From a virus (lineage: Duplodnaviria; Caudoviricetes): a stretch of DNA of 64,000 nt. Below, piece by piece: positions 58,201-64,000 of the stretch. Each line of letters opens with the position of its first letter. Positions within the stretch are counted from its first letter, which is position 1. The notes beneath the pieces were generated by a model. It was not told the DNA's origin. It did not search any database and worked only from the letters and a program-made list of their open reading frames with translations. The stretch spans positions 32,001 to 96,000 of the IMG/VR virus record IMGVR_UViG_2595698964_000001; one strand, given 5' to 3'. The position numbers were made by a program, and so were the translations under genes.

Positions 58201-59757
58201 GGGGACGTTAATGTCGGGGGTTTTTCAAACTATGTACAAGACCCTGACTGCGAAAAAGCTTTATCTCTGAACTGGACAGTAACGTCGACAGGTTCAGGAG
58301 GATTTTCATACGCAGTCCTGCCGACAAACGATGTACCGCCGGCAGGTGAACCAAACTTTCCCCCGCCAACCAGATATGGAATAAAATTACAAGTCAACGA
58401 GAAGAAGCTTTACGAAATGAAACAGCCAAAGTTTGATGTTGAGCCGGGAACTCCATTGGCTATTAGCTGTTACACTTATAAAAAGCTAAATGAAACGGCC
58501 ATATATTCCGGATGGTTTGCGGTTAACTTTTACAACGCAAGAGGTTCATTACTGCAAGACGAGTTTTATGTACCATTGAGAGGGAACGACGACGAACCTT
58601 TATGGTCACTAGTAAGAGCCGAGATGAAAGTTCCGGCAACAGCTGCGAAAGCAGAAGTGTATATAAGGTTCAAACCACTAGCAGATGAGGAGTACCCATT
58701 AACTTACTATATTGGTAGTCCAAAGGTTTCTAAACCCGGTACGATGGATGTTGACTCTATATACTCTTATCTAGTTTACTCTCAACGTGTTACAGTTAAC
58801 AAAACGCTAGATTTTGGGTACAGAGGTAACATAAAACAACAAGGTTACTTAGCGCCTTATGGAGACATAAAGATGCAAGATGGAGTGTTGACTTCTACAA
58901 AGAGTGACTACAAGTTGCACATCGGTAACGGGCATATCTCTGCTGTTAAGTACTATGACATTGATAGCGATTCCTTGAATCCGAGGATGATACTAGACGC
59001 TGTTGGACTACACGCGTTCTCGTCAGGCAGCAATAAGAACGCTATGTTTTCAACTGATGGGAATCTGGAGATGTATCGCGACGCGGCGATAGTTTTCAAA
59101 TCTTCACCGTCTAGTATGACTTTTAACAAATATGGGAACTTGACTCCAACAACACCTAGCAGCGCTTCTGCAACAGCAAGTTGGAACGTTGGTCACGTAA
59201 ATGGTGGGAATGTAATCAAAGCTTTCTTCGGTTCAAGCGGAGGAAGTAATAACGCTTATGGAATTCAACTTATCCCGGGAGGGTCAGGTAACGGATTTGA
59301 GTTCGTAAATCTCGACAGCACGAACATCGGCATGAAAGGTCCAAACCAGATTATTAAGTTTCTAGGCAGGAGCAGTACAACACAGTTTAGAAACAGGGCT
59401 GACTCTGACTACGCCTCAATAACTGTCGGAGGATTAACGAACCACTCGTATCGAGACTCAAAGACAGGGATTGAAAAATCTACTATGAACGCGTCAGATA
59501 TTATTAAAAACCTCATTGTAAGGGAGTACTACAAAGGGTCAGACTTAGTTGTAAAAGACGAATGTGGAAACGATTTATATTGTGAGTTACCTGACTCTAC
59601 AGTGTTGTTGTCACCCAAGAAGCAGATTGGGTTGATCTGGGACGAAGCTGCGGATTGTATACGAAACCCAGATGGAATTGATTTATACAAGTTCTGTACG
59701 TTGTTACTAAAGGCGTTACAGGAGACAGATGAAAGACTAACTGCAGGAGGCTTATAA
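55255..59757 (+). CDS. Long tail fibre with helical repeats, CBM-like beta domains and a C-terminal intramolecular chaperone (S74-like)
   Basis: Three AFRDG repeats; four AES.I...ISLRV-like repeats; C-terminal S..DSKT.IE...IGLI..E...GIDLY..LLKALQE. Confidence 0.8.
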   Translation: MPQLKLRYNGRWVTIGGGLSGGDTGEIVDYIDQIKKELQNNLEKISTDLNNTDIYIDGAFRDGIITETEAKKIKAYLNTLNTSKVQLDQRFEEIYKNIYLPAFNKEGLVSANNTYQTAYENLHKTILDAIVDGKATEEESNAVDTAFDVYTRALSLLVSALEVSVDAINNAKNKETLDNSKKYTDDLYVPLDERVVKAESEIKTTKEQISLRVTKEEFTQGLNNNLDSAKQYSDTQKKALETDLSTLRGDLQETDEYINGAFRDGIVYDSEKIQIEGYLNTIKTSKSQYDNRYQSVHDNSYLPETPKLNLESAKTDYDTKYNMLVLAITNAIDDQLADDDETAKVNAAFDAYNQALALLTLSLEVAIDAISKAKAEEARKLAEGYADELKQGLDKDIANVQQSIKETDDYITHAFRDGLVSETEAKRIEGYLLGLAQNHQAIMERYTEIYENPMLAGTAKTDLYQKQTDYATAYDSLVTTINDATSDGQTTAEESNNVQLKFYDYNNRFKELTKAIETAIDFISTSKANKSEENSKDYTDGKVTPIETRLTTAESNITQNAKEISLRVKEETYNQGMQLVDGIDTRLKSAESTIVQHADAISQRVTIENFDTKAKQLQLDADNARKAADAAQQTADAAKSGVDDAVKSISDLTSDNKLSQSEKTEAKREWEAIKAEKITLEKQATDYGITTAKTNYIAAYNSLEAFLTPLIADLSTISDVDGETFRAKFKAYYDTRSTLLQAIASASKKQSDDLDTRLTNLKYVNANILAGSMFGEGDVLPIDSGTVVRVQPNDGDVNSLQVKQYSPSSAVYGFKTTRQTTEFKTGTVYTLSMQVAIGDVTKLDEIYIKSAEGGSQKLPSIPITWSDTAYRTVTLTFTSNISTSRGYIQVATADLSSTRIEYFYIKKLKIEEGGVATPYIPSGADTGTLGSQVAKAESEIKQNAEQIQLRVSKTDFNGKNVVSMINQTADEVLIEASKIKLNGDVNVGGFSNYVQDPDCEKALSLNWTVTSTGSGGFSYAVLPTNDVPPAGEPNFPPPTRYGIKLQVNEKKLYEMKQPKFDVEPGTPLAISCYTYKKLNETAIYSGWFAVNFYNARGSLLQDEFYVPLRGNDDEPLWSLVRAEMKVPATAAKAEVYIRFKPLADEEYPLTYYIGSPKVSKPGTMDVDSIYSYLVYSQRVTVNKTLDFGYRGNIKQQGYLAPYGDIKMQDGVLTSTKSDYKLHIGNGHISAVKYYDIDSDSLNPRMILDAVGLHAFSSGSNKNAMFSTDGNLEMYRDAAIVFKSSPSSMTFNKYGNLTPTTPSSASATASWNVGHVNGGNVIKAFFGSSGGSNNAYGIQLIPGGSGNGFEFVNLDSTNIGMKGPNQIIKFLGRSSTTQFRNRADSDYASITVGGLTNHSYRDSKTGIEKSTMNASDIIKNLIVREYYKGSDLVVKDECGNDLYCELPDSTVLLSPKKQIGLIWDEAADCIRNPDGIDLYKFCTLLLKALQETDERLTAGGL

Positions 59758-59758
59758 A

Positions 59759-59974
59759 ATGTCAGAAAACAAAAGACAGATCACCTATTTAGAACTAACA
59801 ACGAAGGAAACAATGACCGGACTGTTTCTTGATAATGTTGAGTACCAAGCTAGAATTAGGGAGCTTACAGATTTAGTTCAACAGACACAAATGGAGTTAC
59901 AAGACGCGAGAAGAGAGCTTAAAGAGCTTAAAGAAGCCAAGACAGAGATAGAAGACACAGAGAAGGCTAAATAA
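59759..59974 (+). CDS. Small coiled-coil protein, possible fibre chaperone
   Basis: GGAGG RBS; follows the fibre gene. Confidence 0.65.
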   Translation: MSENKRQITYLELTTKETMTGLFLDNVEYQARIRELTDLVQQTQMELQDARRELKELKEAKTEIEDTEKAK

Positions 59975-60060
59975 CCCATTTTAGCACATTAGAATCGGGT
60001 TTAAATCTCTTACTAGTATAGTTTATCATAAACTTACTTAAATCGTATAGAACTTGCGAG

Positions 60061-60087
60061 AGAGCCCTTATTTTGAGGGCTCTTTTT
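60061..60087 (+). terminator. Terminator ending the tail module
   Basis: AGAGCCCT-TATTTTG-AGGGCTCT-TTTT. Confidence 0.8.
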
Positions 60088-60088
60088 C

Positions 60089-60238
60089 CATGCGTAATTT
60101 TTACGTCAGAATACATAAATGTATATAACATATAATACAAGTATTTATATAAATATATGCAGAGATTCGTGTCAGTTCTCTAGCATATAATTTTAGTTTA
60201 GTATTTGCTCCGCAAATATGTCTCTACATAGAGACTGG
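60089..60238 (+). repeat. 150-bp structured non-coding element, copy 2
   Basis: Same 36-bp block and hairpin series as 23885-24034. Confidence 0.9.
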
Positions 60239-60280
60239 CGTAAACTTTGAATTTTTCGCTTTCCTTAATGCTAGGAGGCG

Positions 60281-61999
60281 ATGTATTTGAAAATTGTAGT
60301 AGACAATAATTATTCAAAGATAACGGATGTAACAACCAAGGGTAACAGAGACCTTCTGCTAACCTCTATTGACGACGAGCTTGCTGTAAGGTCTCCCGGT
60401 TACTTCTTTAGTCCTGCGTTTAAGTCTGGGAGGTGGGATGGGTTTATCAGATTCTATGATAGGAGAACTAGAACTTTCCCGACTGGACTACTTGATAGTG
60501 TGTTATCTATATTCGCAGAGGCGGGTATTGAATTTGAGATCGACGACAACAGGACTGTGTACGAGTTTGACTTCCCAGAAGAGATAAAGCTTATGGAACC
60601 TTCTGTCGAAGAGGGCTATATTACCCTTCGTGACTATCAGTACGAGGCTGTTGTTGAGACTCTGAAGAAGCGAAGAGGAGTTGTAAACGTTGCGACTAAC
60701 GGCGGGAAAACTGAGATAGCGTCAGGTATAATCCAACAACTCTTACCAAAGATGAAACCAAAACAACGCATTCTGTTTGTAACACATAACAAGGAAATCT
60801 TTCATCAGTCTGCTGCTCGTATTGAAAAGCGGCTTGGGATAAAGGTCGGTAAGGTTGGGGATGGCATTTGGGATTTACGTCCTGTTACCCTTGTAATGAT
60901 CCCTACAATCTCTAGGTATGTTACTAAATCGAAAAGTAAAAAGAAGTCAAAGCCTATCACCTATACGGGAGAAATGAAAGCAATAAAGAGAATATTTGAT
61001 GTAATCGAGGATGATGAACCGAGAGGAAAAGAGCTAGATAAGCTTGTCTCGTTGTTCCAAGGGGAAAACTCGAGAGACGCCCAAGAAGCGGCGGAGATTT
61101 TGTATAACGTTCGTGAAAAGAAGACGACGTTTAAGAAGTTACGAAAGGCTCTTGAAAAATACGAGAGCAAAAAGAGAGGAAAGAGCGATGAGAAGAAACA
61201 AGAAGTCTTAGACCTTCTGGAGAGCGCTGTTTGTTTCATAGGGGATGAATTCCACCACTCCGTGTCCGATACTTGGTATCAGTCGTTAATGTTATGTAAA
61301 AACGCTGTGTTCCGGATAGGGTTAACAGGGACTGTTGACAAGAAGGACGAGCTTAACTATATGCGAATCCTGAGTTGTACAGGGGAGATCACGACTAAAA
61401 TCTCAAATGAGTTCCTGATAAGTCGCGGGTTCAGCGCGAAACCTACTATCCATCTTTCAAAAATTGAGACACCAGTAATACCGGAACAAGTTGGTTGGCA
61501 AGAAGCCTACAGAATTGGAATAACTGAGAACGAATATCGTAACAAAGTGATCGCTAACAAAGTAGCTAGTAAGTACAAAGAGGGTAAGGGTTGTTTAATC
61601 ATAACAAACCATATTAACCACGGGCAGACTATTTTGGACTTACTAAAAGAGCTTGATGTTGAGGCTGAGTTTACTAATGGACAAAGAAGTTCGGAAGACC
61701 GAGAAGCGTTCCTTCAGCGGATGCGTGATGGGGAGCTTCGAGTATTGATAGCGACTTCAATTCTTGATGAGGGCGTAGACATCTCGGGAATTAACTGTGT
61801 CTGGATGGCTGCTGGAGGGAAGTCGTATCGTCAAACACTTCAACGTGTTGGTCGTGGACTCCGAAAAAAGGAAGACGGGAGTGGACTGGAAGTATATGAT
61901 TTTCTAGACTTTACCCACTCAATCCTTACTAAACACACTCAGGAGAGATACACCTATTATAAAGATGAGGGTTTTGAAATTAAGAGAGACAATGATTAA
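60281..61999 (+). CDS. SF2 DNA helicase (UvsW-like)
   Basis: LRDYQ, ATNGGKT, DEFHH, GLTGT and QRVGRGLR motifs. Confidence 0.9.
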   Translation: MYLKIVVDNNYSKITDVTTKGNRDLLLTSIDDELAVRSPGYFFSPAFKSGRWDGFIRFYDRRTRTFPTGLLDSVLSIFAEAGIEFEIDDNRTVYEFDFPEEIKLMEPSVEEGYITLRDYQYEAVVETLKKRRGVVNVATNGGKTEIASGIIQQLLPKMKPKQRILFVTHNKEIFHQSAARIEKRLGIKVGKVGDGIWDLRPVTLVMIPTISRYVTKSKSKKKSKPITYTGEMKAIKRIFDVIEDDEPRGKELDKLVSLFQGENSRDAQEAAEILYNVREKKTTFKKLRKALEKYESKKRGKSDEKKQEVLDLLESAVCFIGDEFHHSVSDTWYQSLMLCKNAVFRIGLTGTVDKKDELNYMRILSCTGEITTKISNEFLISRGFSAKPTIHLSKIETPVIPEQVGWQEAYRIGITENEYRNKVIANKVASKYKEGKGCLIITNHINHGQTILDLLKELDVEAEFTNGQRSSEDREAFLQRMRDGELRVLIATSILDEGVDISGINCVWMAAGGKSYRQTLQRVGRGLRKKEDGSGLEVYDFLDFTHSILTKHTQERYTYYKDEGFEIKRDND

Positions 62000-62129
62000 C
62001 AAAATTTTTATTTTCCACGTCAACCTAGTTGGTAAGCTGTTTCAACTCCTGCGGCTAGAAATGACGTGGAAAATAATTAGTTGTGTTTAGCTTATTTTAA
62101 TGTGTACGTAAATCGTAGGAGGAATTAAT

Positions 62130-63350
62130 TTGAACTTAGTTGAAAGGATAGAGGACTTTGGAAAAGATACTGTTGTTGTTCCAGATTCCGTTTGGGAGTG
62201 CGAAGACTTACTGCCCATAGACATAAAGGTTTACAAGATAATACTAGCCTACAGTAAGCTGGCGTTGTCGTTAGGAGGTAAACTTACTAAGAAAGGTCAA
62301 CCTATAGTTAATGTGTCTCAAAAGACGCTTGCGGAGCGGGTACGGACGACTGTAAAAACTCTTCAGTCTAGTTTGGAAAGACTCGTTAGTGTTGGATTGA
62401 TAGAGGTTCAAAGATTCCGGACAGTTAATAAAAACAATAACATAATGCTAATTGGAGATTTCTACGGAATAGACACCGAGAACCCGGGAATTGAAACCAA
62501 AGAAGAACGTCCTGTTAAGATAGCTGATAAGTCAGTAAAACCAAAATTGTTGGGTGATGATGAAGTGACAGTTACTAAGCGTTTTGACCCTGAAAAATAC
62601 AAGAACAAACTCCGTAGTATTGGAGGTAAGACAAGAGAAGAACAGGAGATAATAGAGATTGCAAAGCACTATGACATGCTCGCGAGAAAGGTTCTCAAAA
62701 CAAGCGGTTATAGATCATTGTCTATTAAAGAGCCTCAAAAGCATAAGAACTGGCCAAAGTTTGAAAAGTATCGGGCGTTTTGTATAGAGAAAGACTTTGA
62801 TGCTCTGGTGTTCCTTGACGTACAATTTGAGAGGGCTACGAATCATTGGAAAGGTAGCAAATTCAAATTTCCGTTACCTCATATGCTTTGTTCCTCGGGA
62901 GCGGAGAAGTATTTTGTAAATTGGGTCAAAGAACAAGAGGAGAAGTATGGAAAAGATGTACGAAAGTCTAAGAAGCTGAAAGCAAAGAAAACAGAGAGTT
63001 TGAAAACGCAAGTTATACGGGGAATTGTCCAGACCTGCGAAAAGATGTCTAGACACTTTGAAAACGTCAAAGGAAAGCAAGAACGTGAGGAGACGAAGGT
63101 ATTAAAAATAACAGAGTATTGGATGTCTTACTCTTCTGCCTATTTGTACTCAGTTCCTTGGTTTAGAGACTACCTAGAGGAACTGTTGGGTGAGTCGAAC
63201 CCGCACCCTCGTCTACTAGAAGTAAAAGACGATTTCAGCCTATACGACAAAAATAAAAGAATACAAACTGTAATTTCAAAAACTGTTGATATGTCTGAGA
63301 AGGAGTTTGGTATCCCAGCTAACTTAGATTTGACTGAGTATGAGGAGTAA
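62130..63350 (+). CDS. wHTH protein, putative replication initiator/regulator
   Basis: VSQKTLAERV..TVKTLQSSLERLVSVGLI winged helix; lies between two helicase genes. Confidence 0.65.
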   Translation: MNLVERIEDFGKDTVVVPDSVWECEDLLPIDIKVYKIILAYSKLALSLGGKLTKKGQPIVNVSQKTLAERVRTTVKTLQSSLERLVSVGLIEVQRFRTVNKNNNIMLIGDFYGIDTENPGIETKEERPVKIADKSVKPKLLGDDEVTVTKRFDPEKYKNKLRSIGGKTREEQEIIEIAKHYDMLARKVLKTSGYRSLSIKEPQKHKNWPKFEKYRAFCIEKDFDALVFLDVQFERATNHWKGSKFKFPLPHMLCSSGAEKYFVNWVKEQEEKYGKDVRKSKKLKAKKTESLKTQVIRGIVQTCEKMSRHFENVKGKQEREETKVLKITEYWMSYSSAYLYSVPWFRDYLEELLGESNPHPRLLEVKDDFSLYDKNKRIQTVISKTVDMSEKEFGIPANLDLTEYEE

Positions 63351-63405
63351 GTTTGTAAATATTGGCTTTATTATTTGTGTGATTTAGAAGGGAGGAGTGA
63401 AGAGA

Positions 63406-64000
63406 TTGGCAGATGTGTATGACTTTAGTGGTTCTTTCCAGACAAAGATACTTGCTTTGCTTTGGAGGGACTCCTCTTTCTTTACTTTATATAGCGAGAC
63501 AGTAAAACCGCAGTATTTTGAATCCGAGATCCATATTGATCTAGCTAGAATAATTTTCACTCACTATGAGAAATATGAAGAACCGCCTTCTATGGAGGCT
63601 ATGGAGGAAGAAGTAAGAACGCTAGTTGGGTCATCAAAGATAAAATCTAAAAAATCTGACGAGTATTACTCGGAAGTTAATAAGCTCGTAGAGGCTAACC
63701 TTAACGACATGTCGTATGTTCGCGATAAGGTTATAGAGTTTGGTAAGCGACAAGCGGTTACTCAGGCAATCCTTGACTCGATTGATGATGTTAAAGCAGG
63801 GAAGAACTATGACAAAGTTGAGGAGCGTATTAAGTCAGCGACGCAGGTCGGAGAGGACATAGGTGACCATGGTACTGACTACTTCAGCGAAGAATCAATT
63901 GACGCTCGATTAGAAGAAACTTACGAAAAGAGTGAAGACCTCGAAAAGATACCGACCGGAATCGAACTTCTGGATAGAGTTATGGGCGGCGGCTTAGGTC
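63406..64000 (+). CDS. Replicative DnaB-like helicase, 3'-truncated by the window (not in the ORF track)
   Basis: GGAGGAG RBS and TTG start; MADVYDFSGSFQTKILAL... running to IPTGIELLDRVMGGGLG, the motif that precedes Walker A in DnaB/gp41 helicases. Confidence 0.85.
   Translation, partial: MADVYDFSGSFQTKILALLWRDSSFFTLYSETVKPQYFESEIHIDLARIIFTHYEKYEEPPSMEAMEEEVRTLVGSSKIKSKKSDEYYSEVNKLVEANLNDMSYVRDKVIEFGKRQAVTQAILDSIDDVKAGKNYDKVEERIKSATQVGEDIGDHGTDYFSEESIDARLEETYEKSEDLEKIPTGIELLDRVMGGGLG

Noticed and set aside
1-64000. tRNA genes, integrase/att sites, transposases, reverse transcriptase
   Set aside because: None was recognised by eye. tRNAscan-SE and HMM searches were not run, so absence is not proven.

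Overview
This window is 64 kb of a large contractile-tailed (myovirus) Bacillus-type phage with Herelleviridae/SPO1-SP10-like architecture. From 1 to about 15 kb lies an accessory/early region: a beta-helix protein, NucB-like DNase, RtcB RNA ligase, dCMP deaminase, two triple-AP2-like proteins and many small ORFs behind sigmaA-type promoters. From about 15 to 28 kb are the terminase, a SigF/G/B-like sigma factor, an SNF2 helicase, a SpoIIID-like regulator, holin/endolysin, MutM/Fpg, a 3D-domain protein and PhoH. From about 28.8 to 60 kb is a complete head-neck-tail-baseplate-fibre module, and replication genes (UvsW-like helicase, wHTH protein, DnaB-like helicase) start at about 60 kb. No tRNA, CRISPR array, integrase or intron was recognised. 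The top unexplained signals are: (1) a stand-alone ~55-nt small-RNA gene (promoter 7973-8002, terminator 8035-8062) whose 5' 17 nt are the exact reverse complement of the anti-Shine-Dalgarno arm of a hairpin occluding the RBS of a membrane-protein gene 1.7 kb away, a candidate phage-encoded trans-activating sRNA switch; (2) two 150-bp copies, 36 kb apart, of a structured non-coding element with compensatory hairpin changes; (3) an internal LDLQFFAS motif matching the Prp cleavage site of ribosomal protein L27 in a tail protein; (4) a UUU-CGA +1 frameshift candidate in the tail chaperone. All product calls come from motif recognition by eye; no database searches were run.
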